NCBI GenBank assembly: GCA_038212275.1
Contig: JBBQUR010000005.1
Coordinates: forward strand, 64,001-128,000
DNA length: 64,000 nucleotides
Source of the DNA: Planctomycetota bacterium
GTDB taxonomy: Bacteria; Planctomycetota; B15-G4
Reading direction: 5' to 3'
The notes under the pieces are model-generated. The model was given only the letters and a program-made list of their open reading frames with translations, was not told the origin of the DNA and did not search any database. The translations under genes and the position numbers were made by a program. Positions 1 through 9,928 of the stretch are shown here, piece after piece. The first letter of the stretch is position 1. The number at the start of each line of letters is the position of its first letter.

Positions 1-1276
1 CATCGACGGCTGCCTCCAACTGCGCGGCGCGCTCCTCGCGGTCGCGGGCCACCAGAAACCAGGCGCCGCCGCCGACGGCCAGTGCCGCGAGCACCGTGCC
101 GGCCAGCGCGACGGTGAGCCGCCGTGCGCGACGCTCCTCGGCGGCCTTGATGCGCGACTCCGCCGCCGAGAGTTCTGCCTTCTGTGCGCGGGCCTCCACC
201 GACGTGAGGAAGGCGTGCACCCGCCCGGCGACCTCGTCGGCATTGGCGAGTCGCGTGGCGCGCGCGGGTGTCAGGCACTCGCTGCACAACAGCTTGAGCG
301 CGGCATCGGCCTCGCAGGCCTCGATGCGTGCGCGGGCCGGATCGAGGCGTGCGCGCGCAGCCTGCATCACGATGGACTCGCCCTCGATCTGCTGGTACGG
401 CGGATGCCCGGTGAGGATCTCGCACAGGATCGCGCCCAGCGAGAACACGTCGGCGCGCTCGTCGAGACTCTCCACCTCGCCCTGCGCCTGCTCGGGCGCC
501 ATGTAGGCGGGCGTGCCCATCACCGCGCCCGACAGCGAGTCCGAACCCGAGGAGCCGGGACCGCTGCGCACGGTCTCGATGACGGTGAGCATGCTTGCGC
601 TCTGCTGCGCGCGCTTCTCGTCCGCGATGCCGCCGCGGTGCAGCACCTTGGCCAGGCCCCAGTCCACGACCTGCACCTCGCCGAAGGCGCCGACCATGAT
701 GTTGGCCGGCTTGAGGTCGCGGTGCAGCACGCCCTTGCTGTGTGCATACGCCATCGTCTGGCAGACGGACTCGAAGATCTGCAGCAGCCGGCCGCGATCG
801 TCGGCCGGCGACTTGCGCTGCTGCATCAGCGCCGCGAGCGTGCGGCCCTTGACCAGCTTCATCGTGAAGTAGGGGCGATCGTCGGCCATGAGGCCCAGCT
901 CGTACACGGGCACGATGCCCGGGTGCTGCAGCTGGCCGCCGATCTGCGCCTCCTCGATGAAGCGCTGCACGACCTCCGGGCGCTTCGCGAGATCCGCGGC
1001 GAGCACCTTCACGGCGACGTCGCGACCGAGGTCCGTGTCGTGGCCCTTGAGGATGACGCCCATGCCGCCGCGCGCGATCTCGCCCAGCAGCTGGTAGTTG
1101 CCGCGCCCCTGCGGCATGAGCTTCGTCGCCGCGGAACCGGGGTCGACCAGGGGCGAGCCGCCGTGCTCGGAACCGGAGTCGGGCAGCAGCACCTTGGGGG
1201 CGGCGCCTGTCTTGCTTGTCATCCACTCGAGCACGGTGACGTGGGGCTGGGGTTCGTCGGGCGGGAGTTGCGGCAC
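1..1276 (-). CDS. Ser/Thr protein kinase with coiled coil and transmembrane helix (runs off the left edge)
   Basis: Manually translated, as it is absent from the ORF track (no stop in window). Motifs: [74 protein letters not shown], then [25 protein letters not shown]. Start is GTG 1276 or ATG 1222. Confidence 0.93.
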   Translation of the reverse strand, partial: MPQLPPDEPQPHVTVLEWMTSKTGAAPKVLLPDSGSEHGGSPLVDPGSAATKLMPQGRGNYQLLGEIARGGMGVILKGHDTDLGRDVAVKVLAADLAKRPEVVQRFIEEAQIGGQLQHPGIVPVYELGLMADDRPYFTMKLVKGRTLAALMQQRKSPADDRGRLLQIFESVCQTMAYAHSKGVLHRDLKPANIMVGAFGEVQVVDWGLAKVLHRGGIADEKRAQQSASMLTVIETVRSGPGSSGSDSLSGAVMGTPAYMAPEQAQGEVESLDERADVFSLGAILCEILTGHPPYQQIEGESIVMQAARARLDPARARIEACEADAALKLLCSECLTPARATRLANADEVAGRVHAFLTSVEARAQKAELSAAESRIKAAEERRARRLTVALAGTVLAALAVGGGAWFLVARDREERAAQLEAAVD

Positions 1277-1359
1277 AGGCGTGACTCGCGTCGGGAGGAG
1301 ATCTATCGGCGGGCCGCGGAGTGTATGCCATGCCGGCCGCCCGGGAGCCCTGAGCCGTC

Positions 1360-2226
1360 GTGAAGCACAATCACCGCAGATACGGCAGCGAGGTCGTCTC
1401 GATGGGCAGCTACACCTGCGGGGGCGGTGCCCTCGCCGCAGGGCCCGAGCAGTCGTCGCAGCACACGGTGGTCAGCATCACGCGGCGCGGCACCTACGGC
1501 CTGCATCGCGATGGGGAGTTCGCGCTGGCCGACCACACCTCCGCCGTGCTCTTCAACCACGGCGACGTCTACCGCACGAGCCACCCTGATGGCTGCGGCG
1601 ACAGCGCCTTCTACGTCTCCTTCCGGCGCGACGTCGTCGTCGACGTGCTCGCGCGGCACGATGCCCGAGTTGCCGATCATCCCGAGCGGCCCTTCCGCCA
1701 GCTCTCCGTGCCGATGAGTCCGCGCGCCACGCTGCTGGCGGCGGGGCTGTTCCGCGACCTCCGGAACTTCCAGGGGCGCGCCGATGCCGCGACCGAGGGG
1801 CGCCTGCAGTTCGACGAGCGTGCCCTGCACTGGCTCGACGCGCTCTTCGCGTCCGCGCCGGTGCCGCGTCCGTCCCGGCCGCCGCGACACGCGCCGACGC
1901 GCGCTCACCGCGAGCTCGCCGACGATGCCCGCCGCCTGCTCGCGATGCACTGCACGGAGCCGCTCGGCCTCGCTGATCTCGGCGCAGCCCTCGGCGTGTC
2001 TCCCTTTCACCTCTGTCGCGTCTTCCGCCGCGTGACGGGCTCCACGCTGCATCGCCAGCTCGAGGAGCACCGTCTCGCCGCGGCGCTCGATGCCGTGAGC
2101 GACCCGTCGCGTGACCTCTCGCGCATCGCCCTGGAGTGCGGCTACTCCAGCCACAGCCATTTCACGGCGCGCTTCCGCCAGGTGTTCGGGCTGACGCCCT
2201 CGCAGTTCCGCCGCGCACGATTCTGA
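1360..2226 (+). CDS. AraC family transcriptional regulator
   Basis: C-terminal double [24 protein letters not shown]...[30 protein letters not shown]-terminal cupin-like sensor region. Confidence 0.92.
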   Translation: MKHNHRRYGSEVVSMGSYTCGGGALAAGPEQSSQHTVVSITRRGTYGLHRDGEFALADHTSAVLFNHGDVYRTSHPDGCGDSAFYVSFRRDVVVDVLARHDARVADHPERPFRQLSVPMSPRATLLAAGLFRDLRNFQGRADAATEGRLQFDERALHWLDALFASAPVPRPSRPPRHAPTRAHRELADDARRLLAMHCTEPLGLADLGAALGVSPFHLCRVFRRVTGSTLHRQLEEHRLAAALDAVSDPSRDLSRIALECGYSSHSHFTARFRQVFGLTPSQFRRARF

Positions 2227-2287
2227 CAGCGCGGCGCGGGAAGAGGCGCCATGCTGGCGGCTCCGCCTCCGATCTCCCGGATCTGCC

Positions 2288-3490
2288 ATGCGCCACCTGC
2301 TGCTGTCGTGTCTCGCTTTCGCCGCGGCCTCGGTCGCCGTGCACGCCCAGTCCGGTCTGCTCGTGTCCGGGTACGGAAGTCAGGCGGTGCATCGTTTCGA
2401 GGAAGGCAGCGGCGCTCCGCTCGGCGTCGTCGCTGCGGCGCCGGGCGCGCAGTCCCTGCGCTACGGGCCGGACGGTTTCCTCTATGCCTGTGCGGAGGAA
2501 GCCGACCGCGTGCTGAAGCTCGACGGCACGACGGGCGCCTTCGTCGTGAACTTCGTGTGGGACGACCCGGCCACGCCCGAGGATGAATCGGGCGGTCTCG
2601 ACGCGCCCACGGCGGCGGTGTTCGGGCCGGACGGCGCGCTGTATGTGGCGTCGTTCAGCCAGAACCGCGTGCTGCGCTACGACGGCGGCAGCGGCGCCTT
2701 CCTCGGCGAGTTCATCGCTCCGGGCAGCGGCGCGATCAACGGGCCGGATGCGGGCATGGCCTTCGGTCCGGACGGCCACCTCTATGTTCCCAGCTTCAAC
2801 AACAACCGCGTGCTGCGTTTCGACGGCGCCACCGGCGCCTTCCTCGACACCTTCGTCACGGCGGCCAAGGGACTGTCGCGCCCGCGCGTGCTGCGCTTCC
2901 GCGGCGACGGCATGCTCTGGGTCACGAGCTGGGGGAACAACCGCCTGCTGCGCTTCGATCTCGACGGCACGCTCGTGAAGACGGTGGCCGCGGGCGTGCT
3001 GCGCCCCACGGGTCTCGTCATCGATGCGGGCAGCGGCGACCTGCTCGTCACCTCCGACTCGGCGGACGACGTGCGCGTGTTCGACGGCGTCACGGGCGCG
3101 GCCAAGGGGACGCTGGTCGCGGCCAACGCGGGCGGCCTCGACGGCGGCACCTTCCTGGAGTACCTGCCGGAGCGCGAGTTCCGCTTCGCGCGGCTTGCGC
3201 CGGGACTCGCCGGCGCGGTCAGCGCGCTCGACCTGCGCGGCGGCACGCCGGACACGCTGGCCTACCTGCTCTACGGCTTCGCCGCGCAGTCGCAGCAGCT
3301 CGGCGCCTGCGGCCAGGCGTGGATCGGCGTGCAGATCAGCGCGGCGCTGCCAGTGCCGCTGGACGGCGAAGGAAGCCTGCACCTCGACGTCGTGCTCCCG
3401 CCGGCGCTCGCCGGCGTCACGCTCTTCCTGCAAGCCATCGACCGACCGACCTGCCGCTCGAGCAACCTGGTGATCCAGACGATCCAGTGA
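2288..3490 (+). CDS. Secreted NHL/Vgb-like beta-propeller protein with a C-terminal beta domain
   Basis: Signal peptide ending VHA-Q; repeated FGPDG.LYV.S...NRVLR(Y/F)DG.(T/S)GAF blades; distinct tail of about 100 aa. Confidence 0.82.
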   Translation: MRHLLLSCLAFAAASVAVHAQSGLLVSGYGSQAVHRFEEGSGAPLGVVAAAPGAQSLRYGPDGFLYACAEEADRVLKLDGTTGAFVVNFVWDDPATPEDESGGLDAPTAAVFGPDGALYVASFSQNRVLRYDGGSGAFLGEFIAPGSGAINGPDAGMAFGPDGHLYVPSFNNNRVLRFDGATGAFLDTFVTAAKGLSRPRVLRFRGDGMLWVTSWGNNRLLRFDLDGTLVKTVAAGVLRPTGLVIDAGSGDLLVTSDSADDVRVFDGVTGAAKGTLVAANAGGLDGGTFLEYLPEREFRFARLAPGLAGAVSALDLRGGTPDTLAYLLYGFAAQSQQLGACGQAWIGVQISAALPVPLDGEGSLHLDVVLPPALAGVTLFLQAIDRPTCRSSNLVIQTIQ

Positions 3491-3627
3491 CGGTGGCGTC
3501 GCGCCGGCCGCTCCACGCCGGCGGGGAGCTTGCCGGGCGCACCATGCCCGCGCGATGATGCCGGCGCGATGATGCGGGTGGTCGCGCGAGGCGCGGCCAC
3601 GACGGGATCTCGAGCGGTGGAGCGAGC

Positions 3628-4392
3628 GTGATGAGCAGCCAGGCCTCGGCACGAACGGACAATTGGCGACCCTCCGAAGCGGACCTCGTGCTCGGACCCG
3701 TCGTCGAGCACGCGCTGCCGGAGGAGCGCGCAGCCTTCCTGACGCGCACCTACACGCACCTGCTCTGCGCCATCCTCGCCTTCGTCGCGCTGGAGTCGCT
3801 GTGGTTCTCGACGCCCGTCGCGGCGTGGGTGCTGCAGACGCTCGGCGCCGGCAGGTACATGTGGCTGCTGTTCATGGCCGCCTTCGTGGGCGTCAGCATG
3901 CTGGCCGACAAGTGGGCCGCATCCACCACGTCGCGCGGCGTGCAGTATGCGGGGCTCGGACTGTTCACGCTGTTCGAGTCCATCCTCTTCCTGCCGCTCA
4001 TCTTCGCGGCGCTGGTCGCCATGACGGGTGAACACGCGGACCCGACCCTGCTGCCTCGTGCGGCCTTCGTGACGGGCGGCCTCTTCGCGGCGCTCACCGG
4101 CGTGGTCTTCATCACGCGACGCGACTTCACCTTCCTGCGTTCGGCGCTCATCTTCGCGGGGTTGGCGGCGTTCGGCCTGATCGTCTGCTCGGTGCTCTTC
4201 CAGTTCGAGCTGGGCACGATCTTCAGCTACGCGATGGTGGGCCTGGCCTGCTGCTGGATCCTGTACGACACCTCGGCGCTGCAGCGGCGCTATCGCACGA
4301 GCCAGCACGTCGCCGCGTCGCTCGCGCTGTTCGCGTCGGTCATGCTGCTGTTCTGGTACGTGCTGCGCATCTTCATCGGTCGGCGTCGCTGA
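3628..4392 (+). CDS. Bax inhibitor-1/YccA family membrane protein
   Basis: Seven hydrophobic segments; FLTRTYTHL, RRDFTFL, ILYDTS, ASLALFASVMLLFWYVLRIF. Confidence 0.9.
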   Translation: MMSSQASARTDNWRPSEADLVLGPVVEHALPEERAAFLTRTYTHLLCAILAFVALESLWFSTPVAAWVLQTLGAGRYMWLLFMAAFVGVSMLADKWAASTTSRGVQYAGLGLFTLFESILFLPLIFAALVAMTGEHADPTLLPRAAFVTGGLFAALTGVVFITRRDFTFLRSALIFAGLAAFGLIVCSVLFQFELGTIFSYAMVGLACCWILYDTSALQRRYRTSQHVAASLALFASVMLLFWYVLRIFIGRRR

Positions 4393-4434
4393 CCTGGTCG
4401 GAGCGCGCTTCGCAGCGCTCCCGGAAAGGACGTC

Positions 4435-6021
4435 ATGCTCAACTCCGGGCGCCGGATGGCCGCGCTGCTGCTGCTCTGCTCCGTCGCGATGACCGGGCAT
4501 CTCGTCGCACAGCAGAGTGACGGGCCGGGCACAGCTTCGCAGCAACCTGACACAGCGGGCGCGGTGGTGGGGGCGGCGATGGCGGTCGCTTCGGATGAGA
4601 GGGCGGACGCCGTGTCCGCAGTCGTGCCGCCGCCGCTTGATGTGCGCGCCGCCTCGCTCTCGCGGCCGGGCGACGGCTCGCCGGTGTGCGGCCTGGGCAA
4701 GGCCTTCCACGCCGGCCGCCGCGCGGCGTTGCGCGCGAGCCTGCTCGAGCAGAAGCACGGCGCCGGCAGCGGCGAGACCGATGCCGAAAGCCGCGCGGGC
4801 CTGCTCCTCGTCCGCGGGCTGCCCGACACGCGCGACTACGTGAACTTCCGCCAGGACAAGACCTTCTGGTACCTGACCGGCGTCGAGAGTCCCGACGCGG
4901 CGCTGCTCATGGACCTGCAGAGCGGCGTCGAGATGCTCTTCCTCCCGCCGCCCGATGCGCGCAACGAGATGTGGGAGGGCGAGCGCTGGGACATCGGCGA
5001 CACGTGGGTGTCCGACCTCACCGGCTTCCCGATCGTGAAGTCGATCGCGGAGCTGCCCGACGTGCTCGCGGAACTCGCGCCGGATCGAAAGGTGATTCAC
5101 GTGCCGCTGAGTCCGAACCTCGCGCTCTCGGGTTGCGCCGACCGCGCCGGACCCGCCGACGCCCGCCAGCGCAACGATCCGCTGGACGGACGCACGAGTC
5201 GCGAGCGGCGCCTGGCGGAGGTGCTGACCGAACGCTACGGCCTGCTGGTGGAAGATTGCTCGCCCGCGCTCGCCGCGCTGCGTCTCGTGAAGACGGACGA
5301 GGAACTCGACGCGCTGCGCCGTGCCGCGCACGCCGGCGCACTCGGCATGATCGAGGCGATGCGCAGCACGCGCCCGGGCCTGGGCGAGTGGGACCTGCGC
5401 GCGGTGATGGACATGGTCCATCGCCGCGCCGGCGGCGATGGACCGGCGTACGACGCGATCGTCGGCAGCGGACCCAATTCCGTCACGCTGCACTACTGGA
5501 TCGACGGCCGCGTCATGCAGCCGGGCGAGATGATCTGCCTCGACTACGGTCCCGAGGTCGACCACTACACGACCGACATCACGCGCAGCTGGCCGACCGA
5601 TGGCGTCTGGACGCCGCGCATGGCGGAGATGTACGACGCCGTGCTGGCCGCGCAGGCCGCCGGCATCGCCGCGGCGCGCCCGGGCGGCACGGTCATGGAC
5701 GTGGAGCTGGCCTGCAATGCGGTGCTCGCCGCGCGCGGTTTCGGCGGCCTGATGCGCCACGGCAACTGCCATTGGGTGGGGCTCGAAGTGCACGACGTGG
5801 GCGACTACGGCGGCGCGCTGGTGCCGGGCTGCGTGTTCACGATCGAGCCAGGCATCTACGACGCCGAGCGGCACATCGGCATCCGCATCGAGGATGTCAT
5901 TGCGATCACGCCCGAGGGCTGCGAGGTGATCACTGCGCTGGTGCCCAAGGATCGCGCCGCCGTCTCGGCGCTCGTCGCCGCTCCCGGCGTGCTCGACTGG
6001 ATGGACGAAGCCACGCATTGA
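4435..6021 (+). CDS. Xaa-Pro aminopeptidase (M24B), predicted exported
   Basis: FRQDKTFWYLTG N-domain motif; metal ligands CLDYG, TTDITR, HWVGLEVHD, TIEPG, RIED. Signal-peptide-like N-terminus (alternative start 4456). Confidence 0.9.
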   Translation: MLNSGRRMAALLLLCSVAMTGHLVAQQSDGPGTASQQPDTAGAVVGAAMAVASDERADAVSAVVPPPLDVRAASLSRPGDGSPVCGLGKAFHAGRRAALRASLLEQKHGAGSGETDAESRAGLLLVRGLPDTRDYVNFRQDKTFWYLTGVESPDAALLMDLQSGVEMLFLPPPDARNEMWEGERWDIGDTWVSDLTGFPIVKSIAELPDVLAELAPDRKVIHVPLSPNLALSGCADRAGPADARQRNDPLDGRTSRERRLAEVLTERYGLLVEDCSPALAALRLVKTDEELDALRRAAHAGALGMIEAMRSTRPGLGEWDLRAVMDMVHRRAGGDGPAYDAIVGSGPNSVTLHYWIDGRVMQPGEMICLDYGPEVDHYTTDITRSWPTDGVWTPRMAEMYDAVLAAQAAGIAAARPGGTVMDVELACNAVLAARGFGGLMRHGNCHWVGLEVHDVGDYGGALVPGCVFTIEPGIYDAERHIGIRIEDVIAITPEGCEVITALVPKDRAAVSALVAAPGVLDWMDEATH

Positions 6022-6037
6022 GCGCCGGCCGGCGCGG

Positions 6038-6847
6038 GTGCACGCCATGATGCCGCCCGCCTTCGCCGCCGTGCGCAACGGGCAGGGCGAGCGACTCGAC
6101 GCGGCGTTTCACGCGGCAGTGCCGCGGGCAGCGCTCGAGCCTGCGGACGCGCCGATGTGTGCTCGGTCGGCCGGCCCGTCGACGGCGCCGACGATCGCGC
6201 TGCTCGCGCACGGCGTCACGTCGAACAAGGATCGGCCTTATCTCGTGGAGCTGGCCGACTCGCTGGCGGGCGCGGGCATCGCGGCGTTGCGCTTTTCGTT
6301 CGCGGGCAACGGCGACTCCGAGGGGCGCTTCGAAGACGCGACGCCGAGCAAGGAAGTGGACGATCTCGGCTGCGTGATCGACGCGGCGGTCGCCGCGGGC
6401 CACCAGCGCATCGTCTGCGTGGGACACAGCCTGGGCGGCGCGGTGGGGCTATTGCGCGCGGCGCGTGACCCGCGGATCGGCGCGCTGGTCTCGCTGGCGG
6501 GCATGGTGCATGTCGATCTCTTCATGCAGCGGCACTTCGGCGGGTTGTCGCCGGGACAGCCGATGCTCGGCCGGCCCGGCTGTCCTTGGTCGGTCGCGCT
6601 GGCCGACGACGCCTCACGCCTCGGCTCGCTGTTGCCGCAGGCCTCGCGCATCGCCATTCCCTGGCTGCTGGTGCATGGCTCCGCGGACGATCTCGTGCCG
6701 ATCGCCGACTCCCTCGAGGCCCGGGCAGCCGCCGGCGGCCGCCCGGAGCTGCGCGTTTTCCCCGGAGTCGACCACCGCTTTGCCGGGGCGGGGGCTGCCC
6801 TCTCCGCGGCCGTGACCGGATGGCTCGTCGGGCGCGGATTCTGTTGA
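6038..6847 (+). CDS. Alpha/beta hydrolase
   Basis: HG oxyanion motif (LAHGVTSNKD), nucleophile elbow GHSLGG, HGSADDLVP, DHRF catalytic His. Confidence 0.88.
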   Translation: MHAMMPPAFAAVRNGQGERLDAAFHAAVPRAALEPADAPMCARSAGPSTAPTIALLAHGVTSNKDRPYLVELADSLAGAGIAALRFSFAGNGDSEGRFEDATPSKEVDDLGCVIDAAVAAGHQRIVCVGHSLGGAVGLLRAARDPRIGALVSLAGMVHVDLFMQRHFGGLSPGQPMLGRPGCPWSVALADDASRLGSLLPQASRIAIPWLLVHGSADDLVPIADSLEARAAAGGRPELRVFPGVDHRFAGAGAALSAAVTGWLVGRGFC

Positions 6848-6995
6848 ACCACGACCCCCACGGGCTGCCTTTGCGCCGGAGCCGGTGGCGATGGCATCCT
6901 CTTGCGTCGTATTCAGACGCCTCGGTGGCCGGCACGGCCCTCAGGCATCCCACGCGCGGGGGTCCTCCGCGCTCCCCGACGAGGCGACAAGCTCC

Positions 6996-8012
6996 ATGTT
7001 CCACCCCTTCAAGGTCCTCCTTCCGGCGGCCGCCGCCCTCTGCCTTTCAGCCTCCGCGTTTGCGGACGGACCGACGTGGTTCGCAGACTACGACGCCGCG
7101 GCTGCGGAATCCGCGAAGACCGGCAAGGACATGCTGGTGGATTTCACCGGCTCCGACTGGTGTTACTGGTGCAAGAAGCTCGACGCCGAGGTCTATGAGT
7201 TCGAGGCCTTCCAGAAGGGTGTCGAGAACGACTTCATCCTCGTCGCGCTCGACTTCCCGAATGACGAAGAGGTGAAGGCCAAGGTGCCCAACCCCGCGCG
7301 CAACCAGGAGTTGATGGAGCAGAACAGCATCACCGGGTTCCCGACCATCCTGCTCATGAACTCCAAGGGCGAGGTCTACGCGCGCACGGGTTACCAGGAG
7401 GGCGGCCCGGAGAAGTACGTCGAGCATCTCGCCGAGCTGCGCACGAGCGGCAAGCGTGCGCTCGAGCAGGTCGGCACGCTCGTGGCGGCGTTCAATGCCG
7501 CGGAAGGCCCGGCCAAGCTGGAGGCCTGGGACAAGCTGGCCGATCTGGCCGACACGCTCGACGGGCAGTCGCCGTTCGCTGCGCGTCTCGTCGACCCGCT
7601 CAGGCTGGCGTTCACCGTGGACCCGACCAACGAGCAGGGCCGCAAGCTGCGCGCCGTGAAGGCGCTCTTCGCCCTCGACCAGACCGACGACGACGTGCTC
7701 GCGATGGTGACCGAACTCGACCCGACCAATGCGAACGGGCTGCTCGAGCTGTCCGTCGCGTCGCACTTCAGCGGTGTGCGCGATGACGTCGGGGCCAAGG
7801 CGGCCATCGCCGCGCTGACGGAGTTCGAGGCCAAGGCCAAGTTCACCAACACGCAGCTCGCGACGCAGCTCTACTCCAATGTCGCGATGTGGCTGGCCGG
7901 ACCGCTGAAGGATGCGGAGGCCGCCAAGCCCTGGGCTCAGAAGGCTCTGGATCTCAAGCCGGAGGATGAGCAGCTGGTCACGGCGCTCGAGGCGATCGTC
8001 GCCGGCGGCTGA
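6996..8012 (+). CDS. Exported thioredoxin-fold protein with a helical C-terminal domain
   Basis: Signal peptide ending AFA-D; DFTGSDWCYWCKKL (CxxC) and cis-Pro GFPT. Confidence 0.88.
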   Translation: MFHPFKVLLPAAAALCLSASAFADGPTWFADYDAAAAESAKTGKDMLVDFTGSDWCYWCKKLDAEVYEFEAFQKGVENDFILVALDFPNDEEVKAKVPNPARNQELMEQNSITGFPTILLMNSKGEVYARTGYQEGGPEKYVEHLAELRTSGKRALEQVGTLVAAFNAAEGPAKLEAWDKLADLADTLDGQSPFAARLVDPLRLAFTVDPTNEQGRKLRAVKALFALDQTDDDVLAMVTELDPTNANGLLELSVASHFSGVRDDVGAKAAIAALTEFEAKAKFTNTQLATQLYSNVAMWLAGPLKDAEAAKPWAQKALDLKPEDEQLVTALEAIVAGG

Positions 8013-8125
8013 GCGACGAGCAAGGTCGACAGCGAGCCCGTCTCCCGCATGCGTGCGAGGGGCGGGCTCGCTGTGCATGAGGCGTGCCGCTGCGCCGTCG
8101 GGCGCGGCGGGGCAGGGGAGTGGTC

Positions 8126-8836
8126 ATGCCGATCGGATTCCTCATGGCGCTGGTGCTGGCCCTCGGCATCGGAGCCTTCGTGCTCGGCAAGCGGGCCGAG
8201 CAGCGGCGGCGCGCCGAGTTGACCTCGCTGTGCGAGCGCCGCGGCTGGCGTCTCTCGCCCGCGCACGACGACTCGATGGAGGATCGTTACGCGGAGTTCC
8301 CGAGCCTCGGCCGGGGCGATGACCGCTACGCCTTCAACGTGGTGGAGGGCCCGCTGCCGCCGGGAAAGGACGACGGGGGCGCACGACGCTGCTGCGCCTT
8401 CGACTACCACTACGAGACGTACTCTACCGACAGCAAGGGCCATCGCCAGACGCGGCATCACCACTTCTCCGCGCTCGTGGTCGAGTGCGCGCTGCCGCTG
8501 CAATCGCTCTCCATCCGGCCCGAGACCTTCTTCGATCGGATCGGCGAGTTTTTCGGGGCAGACGACATCGACTTCGAGTCGGCCGAATTCTCGCGCGCCT
8601 TTCACGTGAAGGCCGGAAATCGCAAGTGGGCCTTCGACGTGATCCACCAGGAAACGATGGAATTCCTGCTGGCTGCGCCGCGCTTCATGCTGGAGTTCCG
8701 TCACGGGCGCGTGCTCGTCCGGCGTGAGTCGGTCTGGCAGGTCGCGGATCTCGAGCAGGCGCTCGACGTCGCGTGCGGCGTGCTCGACCGGCTGCCCGGC
8801 TACCTTCTGCGCGAGTGGAGGCAACCCGCCCGATGA
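8126..8836 (+). CDS. Membrane-anchored hypothetical protein (LemA partner, DUF3137-like)
   Basis: N-terminal TM; DIDFESAEFSRAFHV motif; stop overlaps the lemA start (ATGA). Confidence 0.7.
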   Translation: MPIGFLMALVLALGIGAFVLGKRAEQRRRAELTSLCERRGWRLSPAHDDSMEDRYAEFPSLGRGDDRYAFNVVEGPLPPGKDDGGARRCCAFDYHYETYSTDSKGHRQTRHHHFSALVVECALPLQSLSIRPETFFDRIGEFFGADDIDFESAEFSRAFHVKAGNRKWAFDVIHQETMEFLLAAPRFMLEFRHGRVLVRRESVWQVADLEQALDVACGVLDRLPGYLLREWRQPAR

Positions 8837-9396
8837 TCATCCTGCTCCCGGCCGTCGTGCTGCTGCTGCTGCTGTTCGCGTGGACCATCGGGATCTTCAA
8901 CGGCCTGACGCGCACGCGCAACACCGTGGACGAGTCCTGGGCGGACATCGACACGGAGCTCAAGCGCCGGCACGACCTCGTCCCCAACCTCGTGTCGACG
9001 GTGCGTGGCTACGCGGCGCACGAGCGGGCGACGCTGGAGGCGGTCGTGACGGCGCGGGCTGCGGCTGCCGTCGTGCACCACTCGCCTGCCCAGGCCGCGC
9101 GTGACGAGTCCGCGCTGACCGGGAGCGTGGCGCGACTGCTGGCCGTGAGCGAGCGCTATCCGGAGCTCAAGGCGGACACCCAGTTCCTGGAGCTGCAGCG
9201 CGGGCTGGCGAACACCGAGGACCGCATCCAGCGCAGCCGGCGCTTCTACAACGCCAACGTGCGCGACCTGAACACGCGCATCGAGGTCTTCCCGGGCAAC
9301 CTCGTCGCGGGCGCCTTCAAGTTCGGCAAGCGCGAGTCTTTCGAGTTGCAGGATGCCGGCGAGCGAGCGCTTCCGGCCGTGGACCTGTCGCCTTGA
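8833..9396 (+). CDS. lemA: LemA family protein
   Basis: N-terminal TM; WADIDTELKRRHDLVPNLV, ERYPELKA, NTEDRIQRSRRFYNANVRDLN, FPGNLVA. Confidence 0.95.
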   Translation: MIILLPAVVLLLLLFAWTIGIFNGLTRTRNTVDESWADIDTELKRRHDLVPNLVSTVRGYAAHERATLEAVVTARAAAAVVHHSPAQAARDESALTGSVARLLAVSERYPELKADTQFLELQRGLANTEDRIQRSRRFYNANVRDLNTRIEVFPGNLVAGAFKFGKRESFELQDAGERALPAVDLSP

Positions 9397-9451
9397 CAGC
9401 GGCGCGGGCCGTTGGAAGATCACGCGCTCCTCGTCCTCCCGGAGCCTGACC

Positions 9452-9904
9452 ATGGACCGCAACACGCACCTGTCGATGTGGGATGACTTCCACGCCGGCG
9501 AGCTGGGCTGCGTCCCGCTCGAGAAGACACTGGCCCATCTCACGCCCGAGCAGGCGGCGCGGCGCCCGAAGCTCGCCTCGGGCGAGGGGCACTCCATCTG
9601 GCAGATCGTCAACCACCTGATCCTCGTCAGGGAGGTGGCGGTGGCGAAGGCCTCGGGCGGCGCGCCGATCACGGATGCGGAGTTCAAGCGCCGCGACTTC
9701 GAGTTGCCCGCGGACATCAGCCAGGCCGCGTGGACCGCGGCCCTCGGGCGTCTCGGCGCCAGCCAGAAGAACGTCCGGGCCGTCGTGGCCGACGGGCGCA
9801 TGGAGCACGAGCAGTTCCGCAGCATGGTGCCGCACGACAGCTTTCACATCGGCCAGATCGAGATGCTCCGCGGTTTCTTCGGCACCTCGCAGATCTCCTC
9901 CTGA
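9452..9904 (+). CDS. DinB family protein
   Basis: LTPEQAARRP, HSIWQIVNHL, HDSFHIGQI (DinB His pattern); GGAG upstream of ATG 9452. Confidence 0.8.
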   Translation: MDRNTHLSMWDDFHAGELGCVPLEKTLAHLTPEQAARRPKLASGEGHSIWQIVNHLILVREVAVAKASGGAPITDAEFKRRDFELPADISQAAWTAALGRLGASQKNVRAVVADGRMEHEQFRSMVPHDSFHIGQIEMLRGFFGTSQISS

Positions 9905-9928
9905 TCGCGCTGCCCGGACGACGGGCGC

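Noticed and set aside
655..670. DWG instead of DFG in the kinase
   Set aside because: This is a common variant in this bacterial kinase group and the other catalytic motifs are intact, so it is not a pseudokinase.
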